Shown here: in pieces, positions 49,044 to 61,708 of the stretch
Position numbering within the stretch: position 1 is the stretch's first letter
Layout: the number at the start of each line of letters is the position of its first letter
DNA from: Callorhinchus milii
Lineage: Eukaryota
Direction: 5' to 3'
Assembly (NCBI RefSeq): GCF_018977255.1
Contig: NW_024704743.1
Coordinates: 62,374,001-62,438,000, forward strand
DNA: 64,000 nucleotides
Position numbers and translations under genes: made by a program
The notes under the pieces: model-generated
Database searches by the model: none
Told to the model about the DNA's origin: nothing
The model's input: only the letters and a program-made list of their open reading frames with translations

Positions 49044-49229
49044 CTCCCAAGCCTTTTGTAAATAAAGAAATGACATAGAACCATAGAAATTTACAGCACA
49101 GAAGAAGGACGTTTGGCCCATTGTCAGTGCTGGCTGTTTTAAAGAGGATGGACAGCGTTTTATAGACTAAAATTAATTCTAGGTTATTTATGGTGGCAGT
49201 TGAAACAATGGCATGCTGTGGTATGACTT
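49044..49229. repeat. Left arm of a ~185-bp inverted repeat (partner 50459-50638)
   Basis: CTCCCAAGCCTTTTGTAAATAAAG...GTGGTATGACTT is the reverse complement of 50459-50638 with few differences. Confidence 0.92.
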
Positions 49230-49396
49230 AATCATTTTCAGACTGCATAAAATTATTTCTTGACCTTTTTCAGAGTGTTCTCTTTTCAACATCCAATGGA
49301 ATCAGAATCTCTATGGCCATGATACCACGGTTAATGATGAATGCTGGAGTCTGTTCAATTCTTAGCTGAGCTGCTATCCTGGACATGGTTCTAGCT

Positions 49397-50330
49397 TAGT
49401 GGTGGCCAATTTTTCTGAGGTGTGCCAGAGTGTGAGCCCAAGACGTATCGCCCTGCCAGTACAAGATATATAATAAAATTAAAAAGAAAAAGAAAATTAT
49501 TACTGGAAAAGAAAGATGTATTTATTAAGAAATTCACAATAAAATATCAAACAAGTTCCTTCCCCCCCCTGTGCTAACCACCTCCCTGTGCTCACCCACC
49601 TGTGAACAACCCCCTGTGCTCCCCATCCGTGCTCTCCCACCTGTGCTCATTCTACTGTGCTCCCACCTGTACACCCCACTGTGCTCACCCCCCTGTTCTC
49701 ACACCAACTGTGCTCAACGCCCCCAAGTTACAAGTTAGAAGATATTTGGATTCAGTTTTGAGCACGCTAGTAAAAGAAGATTATTAAGTGATCATCTGTT
49801 AGTTTGGAACCGTATTTATTTTTTATTGTGGTGCAAACGAACTGCTCACAGGTGTAGGTTGATCTGAATCTGCACACATATCGAAGAGCATGGTCATGTA
49901 ATTTAAGAAAATGACTCTTAGGGACGAATTTCCTAAATGATTTAAAGTCCTGGCTTACTGGAGAAGCGCACAGTTCTTTGAATTTGCTATATAGGCCTGA
50001 ATAATTTTTAAATTCCAAATTTTCCAACTTTGCATTTCTGGTGGTTAATGTTCAACCTCGGTATCTGAAAGAGAAAAGGGTTGGTGAAAAGTGCTATATT
50101 GTCTTTGTCTTCTTTAAAATCTTGAAAACAGGCATCAAAGAAATTAAGTAGTGAAATTGCGTTCAGATATTTTTTGAAATTGATAATGATATTACTGTCA
50201 CTTTTTAACTGTTGCAAGTGAACGAAGTGATCCATAATTTTGCGAGACAAAACATTCAAAAAAGGTTAAGGTTAGCCTTGAAAGCTGAAATTAAAGCAAA
50301 TAGCATTGGAAAAAGGCAATCCTCTCCTTG
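49397..50330 (-). mobile_element. hAT (Charlie/SPIN-like) DNA transposon remnant: one terminus plus transposase C-terminal pseudogene
   Basis: TIR-like TAGTGGTGGCCAA at 49397 preceded by the Charlie-type target TTCTAGCT; minus translations HFVHL..FQDF..LFTNPF and FRSTYTCEQF..KNKYGSKLTDDHL resemble the hAT dimerisation domain. Confidence 0.8.
49563..49725. repeat. Degenerate CCTGTGCTC minisatellite inside the hAT remnant
   Basis: About 11 imperfect units of (C)nTGTGCTC(A/C). Confidence 0.85.
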
Positions 50331-50337
50331 CAAGTGT

Positions 50338-50560
50338 TCATTGCAAATCATACCACACCATACCATTACCAACTGACACCATAAATAACCTAGAATTCAT
50401 TTTAGTCTATAAAATGCTGGTCTTTAAAACAGCCGGCACAGACAATATTGCTCATTGCAAGTCATACCACGCCATACCATTACCAACTGACACCATAAAT
50501 AACCTAGAATTCATTTTAGTCTATAAAATGCTCGTCTTTAAAACACCCAGCACAGACAGT
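50338..50560. repeat. 114-bp tandem duplication overlapping the right inverted-repeat arm
   Basis: TCATTGCAA.TCATACCAC... starts at both 50338 and 50452; seen as a 38-aa repeat in ORF 50306..50644. Confidence 0.95.
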
Positions 50561-50638
50561 GGGCCAAATGGCCTTCTTCTGTGCTGTAAATTTCTATGGT
50601 TCTATGTCATAGTACTTTATTTACAAAAGGCTTGGGAG
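50459..50638. repeat. Right arm of the inverted repeat; contains a CR1-type 3' tail
   Basis: GGGCCAAATGGCCTTCTTCTGTGCTGTAAATTTCTATGGTTCTATG plus flanks shared with the left arm. Confidence 0.92.
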
Positions 50639-51309
50639 TACTAATGAAAAGTACTTATTGAGGAAAATAGAAAATATAATTTGCTTTGACACATCACTAG
50701 ACAATCCTTCGCATAACGGTGTTTCGGGAAACTGCAATTTCATCTACCATTGTTTTAAGTTTGGGATTACCAGTATGTGCAGCAGCAAAAATTAACAGAC
50801 TCTTTAACTACTGCTTCCTCACCTAAATAAGGGTCTTCTTCCGAGCTAGTAGGGGGACATATAGAATGCCTTGACCATAGATGTAATTTCTCCTCCTTTT
50901 AATAAAAAAGACTGTTGTGCTGAGAGGCTGATCTTATCTAGGAGAGATGAGATCCCACCTCTAATATCTTATACTGAACAAGACATTACTAGCAGGATGG
51001 GCTCTGTGATGTTGTTTGTGATGTGGGGACAGTGAGGGCATCAGTAATGTACATCCGTTGTGATGTGACTGACCAAGAAATGCTTGACCCAATCAAGCAT
51101 TTTTTACACCCGCTTAGACATACCAGTGCTCTCCCTCACTCGCTGCTCTCCCTTCCTTGTGTGCCACTATCAAAGCCGTGCCGAGCCACATTGTGGCACA
51201 TGTGCCGCTGGTTGATGACTGATGCTATAGCTTAAGTTATAAGCCTCAAAGACAGCTTGTCAACATTTTGTTTGCTCAACTGGGAGACTGACAAATGCGA
51301 TAACCTATC

Positions 51310-51495
51310 ACTATGCTTAAGAGTATCCAACACAGAATGAAAGTTCCACACATGTACAAATGGAAATATTCATGTGTCTGGAATGGAATGCATACACTCT
51401 CCCTGGAAAGACACAACCTGCTTGCTATTTCTGAAGAATATAAGGCACAGGTTAGTGAGAGCCAAGGTGTGGTGACACCAGAATCTGCATTGCAG
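51310..51495. repeat. Family B repeat, partial, inverted
   Basis: ATGCTTAAGAGTATCCAA...CACTCTCCCTGGA...GAGCCAAGG. Confidence 0.75.
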
Positions 51496-53829
51496 TGATT
51501 TGATAATTATTGCTGGCTGGTCAATGTCTGGATTTTCCAGCCGTTGGTTTAATTTTTTGCCATTCTTTGTAGTGTGTTTGTTCTGTTATTTTGCATTTTT
51601 AGCTAGAATAAAGCAATGTAACATGACATAAAGCTCATTATTTAAGCATTTATCCTACCACTCCCAGCTTGTAAAAAGCTACTTAAATTAGATTGTAGAT
51701 CTTTGAGTGGACATATAGAAATCCATTAGAGCCTCAGGTGCCAGAGACATTGGCTGTTGATTATGTGAAACTGATTAGATCTTCAAAAAAAAACTCCACT
51801 GGGTTTCTGAATTAGAAATTAGAAAACAGTGCATTCATTTGATTATTACTTGTTCAATTGTTTTACATAATAGGAATCAAATCTGTTATCCCATCCATCA
51901 TGCTCCATTATCTACAATAAATTTACATTTATATAGTGCCTTTCACGTCGGGAAGACTTCCCAAGGTGCTTAACAGCTCTGGCTTGGCGCCGAGCTGGGG
52001 GTGAGAGACAAGGTGAAAACAGAAGGAAAAGATGACCGAAAGCAGAGCTGAAGAGATAGGTCTTGAGAGGATGATAAAGGGAGCAAGTCAAAATGACTTT
52101 AGGTGTTATTATACAACCCACTTTTAAAAAATCTTTAAGTCAACCTGAAGCAGAAGCAGCAGTGACTTTGTCTCATCTGAAGGATGGCACCTCCACAGCA
52201 TTGGAATATCAATCCAGACTGTGAGCTCAGGTCCTGATATAGAGCAAGAAACCACAATAGTTCTGGCAGTTCAGTCGAGTGCTACCAAACAGACTCTACA
52301 CCCACAAAGAGCAGGGGCCTAGGCCTGTGATCCCACATATTTACAAATTCTTCTTACTGAACAATAAATAGGCCAATTAGTGACCAGTTATTGCATGACA
52401 TTCAGCCCCCTTAGCCTCTAGGGATCTCTTTGAATTTCAACTCTATCCTCCAAACATCCTGCTCTCCTGTAAACGTTTGATCACAAGAAAGCTTCAGATG
52501 AAAGCTTTTTGGTCTATTTGTTCTCATCCTTACAGAGTACCCATCCTCCTATTGTCCCATTACATTACATTGCAAATGTCAATAAATAAGTCTGATATCC
52601 TTGCAAAAACCACCCGTCTTGGTGACCAGTTACTTTGTGTAAAGAAATACTTTCTGTCCTAAAATGCATTTCACAATTCAGAACTTGTGCCCTCTTGTTA
52701 TGTTGACTTGGTTTATCTGCAAGTATTGTTCAGGAATTATTTTATTTCTCCCATTTCAGATCTTATATACCTCTAAGATCCCTTCTTGTGGAGTCCCTTC
52801 CCAAGACTAAAGAGCCTCAGCTTGTCTAATCATACCTCATAGATCAACCCTCTAACATTAGAATCAACTTCACTGCTCTCCTTTTTACTGTCTCTGGAGC
52901 CCGGTAGCCTCTAGATGCATTGACTACTGTACATGGTGTTTCAAGTGTGGCCTGACCGGAACCCTGAAAACTATCTTTAAACCTAATTCACAGCTGTTCC
53001 ATTAGAACAACTTCTATTTGATGAATACCTTTGGTTCTCATTACTCGATCAACTTATTAACCCGTTGGAGAGCTGGGGATATGACCATGGAAGTTATCGA
53101 GGATGCTATTGTTCCTCTCCCAAGTTAGATTGGCCAACTTCAATCTAATTTAATACTTTCTCCTTTTTTCCAAGAGATCCATAGGCTTGCAATGGCACCT
53201 AGTTTTAGTGATTCACCTAGATGAAAGACACTGGCTATAATTGGTAATGTCGTTGATGGAGTGGAGAAACAGGCAGTGTGCAAACAGGCAAGGCCATACA
53301 AAATGAAAATTGAATCATACGTTTTATCTACAGAGGCAATGAACACAAGAACAAGGAATTAAAGTTAGAAATTTGTAATCATAACTCGATTAGGAATCAC
53401 CCTGATATGTTAGAGGTAACCTTCACCTCCCCCTCCCCCCCCTCCCCCACTAACATTGTTCTCAATGCTGACATCTGGCTCACAGGTGGCTCATTCGACT
53501 GGATAGCATCTTTGTACTTAGCAAACTGCTGAGTAAGCTCCAATCCCCCTAAGCAACAATCAGATGCAGGAGTCAAATGTGCTTTGTGCAAGCTGACATT
53601 TAAGATGCTGTTGGTGTGGGGGAGAGTTGTATCAGGATCTGCCTCTGGCACATCCAGGTAATTCCTAATTGATCCATCACGAATTTCTAAATTTAAACCA
53701 CATGTTAACTCCCCATGTCGACTTAATGAATGCCATATTCAATGAACTATTAAATAGTTCAACAATATATAATAATAATTCTTACATTTAATATTGCAAA
53801 TGCAAGGAATATTATTAATCCTTGAACAA

Positions 53830-54170
53830 CAATATATAATAATCCATGCATTTGATATTGCCCTTTATCACTTTGTTGAAAATCTCAAAGCACCTAACGG
53901 ATTTATAGTAAAGTGTTGTGATTATGTATTTGTAGAGAAATCATGGCTGCCAACTTGTGCACAACGTCCCATAAAAAGTTCTGAAGTGAATGATCAATTT
54001 TATCTGAGGATTGTTGGCCAGAGAGGAATCTTCCTTCTCCTTTCTAATAGAACTATGAGATCTTTAAAAGCCAGACAGGACTTTGGTTTAACAGCTCACC
54101 AAAGGACGTCACCTCCACCAATGCAGTGCTCCCCCAGTATTGATTGGAGTGGCTGCCTGGAATATGAGCA
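53830..54170 (-). mobile_element. Old Deu-type SINE
   Basis: Tail GCATTTGATATTGCC and Deu block GGTTTAACAGCTCAC..CACCTCCACCAATGCAGTGCTCCCCCAGTA. Confidence 0.7.
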
Positions 54171-54868
54171 CAGTCCCGATGTGGTGATAAATATAAGCAA
54201 ATAAAACATTCACATTGATGTGTTTGATAAACTGTCCTAAAGCAGTGTTGTGAATGTCATTGTGAGAGAAAGGTTATCAATTCAGTTGTGTAATACTTTC
54301 TGACACATACATCATTCTGTGCTTCAAAGGCGCATATTACAGCGTTAAACAAAATGAATAATTTCAACTAGCAAGCTGCAGCTGTCATATGAGCAATGAA
54401 ATGGGGTATCCATTTATTTATGCATGGGTAAATAATCTCTTCTGCACTCATTCTATATTCTAATAGATATGTTAATACCAATTTGTTAGAAATAAGCTGA
54501 TCTATTTGAAGTGTGGTCTATGGTGCCAGTGTTGTAGAAAATGCATGTTGTGTGCGTTCAGTGTGTGATTGTGTAGTAGGTTAAAAAATCTATGTTAATA
54601 TTTGCTGAAGATGATTGGAATAGGTAGGAATCATATACCTAAGTTTCCATCCTCTGAAAACCAATACACCTTTAAAAGCTCTTAAAAGCTCAGCCTTATT
54701 ACAGCTACTTCTGAACACGCAGGAAATGATTTGAAAATTACATCTGACTTGAGCAAAAGCTATTATATTAATAGTGCATTTGTAATAACTATTTATGTTC
54801 ATGTTACAAACTAAGAGACTCATCTTTATGCATACATATTATTCCAACTACAAAACAGATCTGAAGAC

Positions 54869-54899
54869 CTTTTGAGTGCTATTTAATAGCACTCAAAAG
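54869..54899. repeat. 31-bp perfect palindrome
   Basis: CTTTTGAGTGCTATT-T-AATAGCACTCAAAAG; 15-bp arms. Confidence 0.95.
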
Positions 54900-55959
54900 T
54901 ATTTTACGTTTTTGCCACCAGACCTACAATATTTACATAATAAGATACAAATATCTACATACTTTTCCCTCTTTAATATGCACGTAATATGTAATGAATA
55001 AATAGTATGTCTAGAATTTTCTAAAGAACACACGAATCAGAGATTTGTGGTATTGCATGAATCAGTTCACAGCAGTAATTTCGCCCCTAAAATCTACAGT
55101 GAATTCACTTTACAGTATAGTCTGTGAAGTGCTTTGAGCCGTCTCAAAAAGATGTGATAAGGCGCTATATCAAATGCAAGGATATTATATTACTTTTATA
55201 ATCATAGCATAGCTTAGATGACAGGACAGAGATAAATTACAGTATTGTCAAAACTGCATTATCCTGAGAAGAATATCATTCAGACTTTTTTGAACTTTGA
55301 CTTATTTGTATAGTTCACTTTCACAGAAAATCAAGGTGCTGGTTCTAAAATGTGATATCTTACTCCATGTTAGTCTGAGATTGGGACCGGCACACAGAGA
55401 GATTGACTACGGGGAAACTCATTCCCCAAATCTGCCTTTGTAGTGCATAAAGTATTTCAGATCCATTTTCACCCTATGTATTTAGTTTTATTATTCCGCT
55501 CCCTGAACTTTGATTCATGCCACTTTTCGCCCACAAAATATACAGCCAATTCTTTTTACAGTATATTCTGTGAAGTGTTTTGAAACGTCTCGAAGACATA
55601 GTAAGGCGCTCTATCAAATGCAAGGATTATTATTATTATATTCCAAAAATGTATTTTATTTATACATGTATATATTTACAACATATTCTGAGAAGCATTA
55701 AGTCTGATTCTTTTTTATTTTGATTCATGTACTTTATATATATTTATAATATAATATATATAATATATTCTGTGACGTGTTTGAGAAGTCTCATCGATTT
55801 CATAAGGCGCTATATCAAATGCAAGGATTATTATTGTTCTCAGTGGACATAGGGATGATTTCTGTGAGCTGCAGTTTACGGAATAGAAAAACGCTGCATC
55901 ATAACATCATGCCATTCAGACCATCAAGTCTGTGCTCTCCACCTAATTTAATACAATTA

Positions 55960-56345
55960 TCTTACAAATACAAAATTACATTTGCATAGCGCCTTTCACG
56001 TCAGGAGAACATCCCAAGGCGCTTGACAGTCGGGTGACGTGGCGGGGAATATGGAGCCTGCTGAGCGGAGGGAACGGACAGGTTGACATGGGTTTAGCAG
56101 GTCACGAAAGTAGGGAGGACCAAGGCCATGGAGTCCCTTGAAGGCGAGGACGAGAATTTTGAACTATCCTCTTGGGGATGGGGAGCCAGTGGAGCCGGGT
56201 AATGGTGGGAGTGATGGGGTCACAGAGCCTGGTGCGAGAGAGGACATGAGCTACAGAGATCTGGATGATCTGCAGCTTGTGGAGGGAAGAGTTGGGAAGG
56301 CCGTCAAGCAGGGAGTTGGTGTAGTCGAGCCTAGATGTGATGAAT
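55960..56345 (-). mobile_element. L2 3' fragment with internal deletion
   Basis: Tail AAATTACATTTGCATAGCGCCTTTCACGTC then jumps to sequence homologous to 42480-42780. Confidence 0.82.
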
Positions 56346-57654
56346 TCTTATTTTTTTTGTTTCACTTCCTTCCCGTTAATTTTGTTTTTGTCTCTAAATT
56401 GTAATTTATGTTGTTTTTCCATTTAACATTGTTTGCTTGGTGTTGCTGGTGCAGGCTGGCTTCCGCGTTTATCTACTTACTAATATTCTATATTATATAC
56501 AATTGTATTATTTATTTTCAATCATCATCCCATTCTTTGATTGAGCTATTCATTTAAGGTTCCAGCTGCCATGTGAAGCAAATAAATGTAAAGGACCTGC
56601 CTTGTCATTGCTATATCATAGAAATATGGAGTTTTTCTCCCAGTTATCCTGAATTATACCCTCCATATTCCAAATTTTCTCCCAAATTCAAAGGAATTAA
56701 CTATTCATCTCATTGTTGTTTATGGGACATTGTTGATACAGATTAGCTATTGCATTTGCCTAGATAACAATACGCACTTCATTTCTGATAAATCCTATAT
56801 TGTAGAGGGCTTTGAAACATTGATTTTTATGCACTGTATAAATGCAAGTTATTGTATAAATAAGAGAAATTAAACATTTTTTTACATTTGTTTTCCCCAA
56901 TGATGTGGCTGCCATGACAAGGCAATTTGGAAATCTGATTACAAGCAATTCACATTGAAGTTCTCTCTTTTCTTCTGAACTTTGCTTCTCCAACTATTAG
57001 TCATAACTCTTTAGCTACAACAGTTCAGCTAATAATTGCAAAAAAGCACTTTCAACTAGGACACTGGAAACAATCCAACAGTCACAGAACTTATCATCAC
57101 CATCAGATATGAAAAATAAATTGATATTTGTTTCTGTCCGTTTTGATCACTCCAATGCTGACTTAGATATTGTGCATCTAACCAAGCAATTTCGCTCAAG
57201 GTTAAAGAAACTGTGGTCGTCTGCACTCAGATGACAGCATGAAATAACTCCACACTGCCCAGGTGAGTCCTGGCAATGCAGTGAGATAAACATAACAGGG
57301 AAAAGAGGAGTGCTGCCTTTTGGGGTTTAATTTGCAAAATTGCCAAAAGGGATGGCAAGCATTATTATGAGCCTCCTCAGTCTGCATGAGTGGTGAGGTT
57401 GAGTTGGAATCGATGATTTCCAAAATGCACCAAAAAGTGTGCAAAGTACTACATTGAATATGTCTCAATGTAAATCATCTGAACATATAAGGCTGTTGAA
57501 AGTCAAGTCTGTAACATCATTTAGAAGGGAATTGGATTAGCACTTGAGGAACAATAATATTAAATATTAATGGGAATAGAATAGAATTAAATAGCTTCTT
57601 CGAAGGAAGCTAGCATCAACACAGAGACAATGGGACCAATCCTTCAGTGTTGTA

Positions 57655-58636
57655 AACAACAACAACAAATTGCATTTATATAGCGCTCTTTACGAGGGGT
57701 AGCGTCTCGGAGCACTTGACAGTGACGGATTCTGACCCCAAGCCAGGAGAAGAGGGAGGAGGGAGGTGACTGTAAGCATGATCAAGAAGGATGGTTTTTA
57801 GGCAGAATTTGAAAGTGGGGAGGGAGGGGGCAAGCCAGAGGGATTGAGGGAGAAAGTTCCAGAGTTTTGGGGCTTAGTGGCTGAAGGCACGGCCTCCGAT
57901 AGTGAAACAGAGGGGACGAGGAAGAAAGAGCCAGCTGAGCAGAGGCAGTAGGTGGTGGAGTGGAGGGGTGGGGGGGATAAGTATATCAGAGAGGAAGGGA
58001 GTTGCCAGGTTATGAAGGGATTTGAACATGAGTGAAAGGATTATGAAATTGATCCATTCGGTGATTGGGAGCCAGTGGAACCTGGCAAGGTCTGGTGTGA
58101 TTGTGTACCGAGTTTTGTGCAGGTGAGTATCTGGGCAGCGGAGTTTTGAATTAATTGAATTTTGTGTATGGTGGAGCTGCGGAGACCAGCAAGGAGGGCA
58201 TTGGAATAGTCCAGCTGGGAAGTGACAAAGGTGCGGGCAAGGGTTTCGGCTGTGTTGGTTGTGAGGTACGGACAGAGGCGGGTAATGTGACATTAGGTGG
58301 AAAAAAGCAGTTCTGGTCAGGGAACGGATGTGGGATAGAAAGGAAAGCTGGGGGATCAAACCCAATGCCTAAGTTGAGTACAGGTTCGGTGAGTCTGAGG
58401 AAGAGCCAGGGGAGGTTGAGGAGTTCAGACCTGCAGGGGAGAAGACGTTGACGGGAGCCAAAGAGTATGGCTTCCATCTTGCCGACGTTTAGCTACAAGA
58501 AATTTGTGCTCATCCAGGCCTTGATGTCCATCAAACAAGCTGACAGGACATCAGTGGACTGGGAGTCGCAGCTGGAGGAGGAGAAGTAGATTTGGATGTC
58601 ATCCACGTACATATAGAAGTTGACAACATGTCTGCT
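57655..58636 (-). mobile_element. L2 LINE fragment including part of the reverse transcriptase (pseudogenic)
   Basis: Minus translation RHVVNFYMYVDDIQIYFS...CLMDIKAWMSTNFL*LNVGKMEAILFGS (YxDD motif near 58598-58609) with a stop and frameshifts; (AAC)n tail at 57655. Confidence 0.92.
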
Positions 58637-59349
58637 TGCCCCACTACATTGACCCCGCTATGAGCAATGCAAATAAATAATAAGATTGTATATACTGTAG
58701 AATGGTACTATGTTGGCAAAAGCAGCAGCTGTAAGCAACTTACAACAAATAACAGTGTCTCGTTGCACTGGGGATAGGCACCATTAGTGTAGAATGTGTA
58801 AAACTAACACCACATTAACTTACACATCATAAATGTCAGCAGCAAATGGCAAGAGGAAAGGTAAGCATCTAAACAAGAGAAAGTTATCCTCCTTCCACAA
58901 ACTATGCAAACATTAACCTCATTCTGGGCCCTGTGTATTCCCAGCCTTATTACAGTAGCCAATTACTCACCTGTCATGTGGGAGTCAGCCTCTGATGCCC
59001 CAGTTGACAGCTTGCACTGTATTCCAATGTATCAGTCAACCAATTTGTGGCATTTCATGTCTCTAGATAAAGCATTGTTTACTGAGATGTATTGTCAAAC
59101 TTCCCAAAGTAAAAACATTTCAAATGAATCTCACTGCTCCAACAACGGGTGTTTAACTCTATTTTTAAAAAAGGGAGAGGTTAGAAGGAAGGGGTTGATG
59201 TGGAGTATAAACATCGGCAGACTAGTTCAGCTGAATGGCACATTTCCATGCCGTATCATTCTGTGTAATTCATATTTCATCTCCCACCTTTTAATGCTGT
59301 TTTTTATTCCTTTTTCAAAATAATGCAAATGTACAATATAATATTATCA

Positions 59350-59650
59350 ATAATAATGCTTGCATTTGACTTAGTGCCTTATTACAGCATCAAAGCTCTT
59401 CGCAGGATATACTGTAAAGTGGTGTGACTGTGAGCGAAAGTGAATGTATTTTGTGGATGGAAGTGACAGCTAATTTGAGCATTGCAATGTCCCACGAACA
59501 GCCATGGAGTGAGAGACCAATTTTATTTGGGAGATTGTTGACTGAGATACAGGGAGAAACAACCTTCTTTTTTCAAATAGTGTCCTGGGATTTTCAACAT
59601 TCACCTGGACAGGCAGATTAGACTTCAGTTTAACTCAGCACCTCCAACAA
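59350..59650 (-). mobile_element. Old Deu-type SINE
   Basis: Tail TTGCATTTGAC.TAGTGCC and block TTCACCTGGACAGGCAGA...CACCTCCAACAATG. Confidence 0.7.
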
Positions 59651-60824
59651 TGTCATCCCCAATGTCCTCTCAGCCCAGTGGAAGATGCATTAAAAAACAA
59701 AGCAGACCAGCTGAAGGCAGTTCCCTCTGCATCAGCTAGTGTGACAAACACATCAAGAGGTATAACATTGTCTTGTGATGTAGACAATGCTAGCAATGAG
59801 CCTGCTTAACAACACCCCGGCCCACCACATACACACACACATTTTAAACGATTGGAGCACAACTCCAATACAAAAAAAAATTGATTGTTTTAATTAGTAT
59901 ATTGATGGTGACAAAATTACAATATTAAGGTTTCCAGCACCAAATATGTCTATTAAGAAACTTAAAGGCAATCCTGAAATTTAGCTTCAAACATCAAGCA
60001 GATTTCAGTGTAAGAGGCTTATATTGTTCCGATTAACAGCAGCTTTAAATGGGCTTCAGCAGCATGGATGGCAATGTTAATGGCAAGGAGGGGTTGTCAG
60101 TTGCTGCTGCTTCTGATGCTTCAATTGTGATTCTATTGTAATGGGTCTGGGCTTTGCCTGAACAATCGGCTGCCACGTTGCACTCACAAAATATTCTGTC
60201 AGTTCATTTTACAGTACATTCTGTGAAGCGCTTTGAGACGTCTTGAAGACTGATAAGGTGCTATATCAAATGCAAGGATTATTTTTATTGATATCAGTGG
60301 GACATTACTGTGTGCAAATTGACTTCCGTGTTCATCCACAAAACACAGTCACTGCACTGTATTCTTCACAGCATATCCTGTGAAACGCTTTGAAACATTC
60401 TCCCGACACGAAAGGCGCTATATCAATGTAAGGATTATTGCTATTAATATCATCGCTCTACATATGCAGTAAAGTCAGCCTATCATTTGCATTGAATATT
60501 TTGGGACTTGGTCTCTCCAGCATTTCTTTCATTACGGTGTCAAATCTCCCTTTGCGCAGAATCACAGGAGATCCAGCTCCACACAGAGTTCTGCCAAACA
60601 CAGCCTTTTTTTCTTTTATGACCTGCCTGCAGAGACAGGCTTGCTTCTGGAGACAAACACATAATATAAAAGTTATGTTGAATTAATCTGTTTCTTTATT
60701 AGTCAATTGAAACATGATGGAGCCTTTTTTAAAGTAATCCTAATCAGGTCACTGAGAAACTTAAATACAGAGGATATAATACATGAAATAGAGGGTATAC
60801 TGCACAGTATAGTATGCAGGATAA

Positions 60825-61050
60825 TGTGCATTGTTGCACCTTTCACAACAGGAGGGTGTTTCAAAGCACTTGACAAAACTGGATGGAGAATAAAACTGGA
60901 GGTGCGAGCCAAGGTGAGGGGGGGGAGGGGGCTGCATAGGAGAGAGATGACCGAAAGTGTAGTCAAGAGGTATATTTTGAGACGTGTTTTGAACAAAGGG
61001 AGGGAGTTGAAGGTTTCTTCGGGATAGAGTTGCAGGGAGTCAGGGCAGAA
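60825..61050 (-). mobile_element. Old L2 3' fragment abutting the plus-strand L2
   Basis: GCACCTTTCACAACAGGAGG tail; minus translation LPLFKTRLKIYLL. Confidence 0.7.
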
Positions 61051-61053
61051 TGC

Positions 61054-61708
61054 TCTGCCTTCCCCCACGTCCACAACGTCGCCCAGCTCCACCACTGTCT
61101 CACACCACAAGCCTCCAAAACCCTCATGCATGGTTTAATTACATCGAGGGTCGACTATGCTCGACTCATTGCTTGTTGACCTCCCCAACTCCTCCTTCCA
61201 CAGGCTGCAGATCATCCAGAACTCTGCACCCCATGTCCTCTCCCGCACTAGGCTCCGCTATCCTATCACCCCCATCCTCACCCAACTCCACTGGCTTCCC
61301 ATCACACAGAGGATACAGTTCAAGATCCTGGTCCTCACATTCAAAGCAATCCAAGGTCTTGCTCCTCCCTACCTCTGTGACCTCCTAATCCCCTATCATC
61401 CTGTTCACTCCCTCCATTCAGCGGGCTCCGGCCTGCTTCACATCCCCGCCTCGCTCGCCCCACTATTGGTGGGCGGGCCTTCTGCGCCACCCACAGTCCC
61501 TCCGCCTCATCCCCTCCCTCGCCACCTTCAAGATCCACCTCAAGACCCTCCTCTTCGACCGTGCTTTCAATCTCCCTGCTTCCCCTCCGCCCTCCACCAT
61601 CCCCCACCCCGACTCCCAGCTCAGGTCCGTAGCTCTCTCTGTCCAGTGCCTTGGGACGTCTCCCGATGTGAAAGGCGCTGTGCAAATGTAATTTTGTTGT
61701 TGTTGTTG
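61054..61708 (+). mobile_element. L2 LINE 3' fragment
   Basis: ORF 61157..61765 LPNSSFHRLQIIQNSA..ITPILTQLHWLPITQRIQFKILVLTFKAIQGLAPPYL; tail GGGACGTCTCCCGATGTGAAAGGCGCTG..(TTG)n. Confidence 0.93.
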
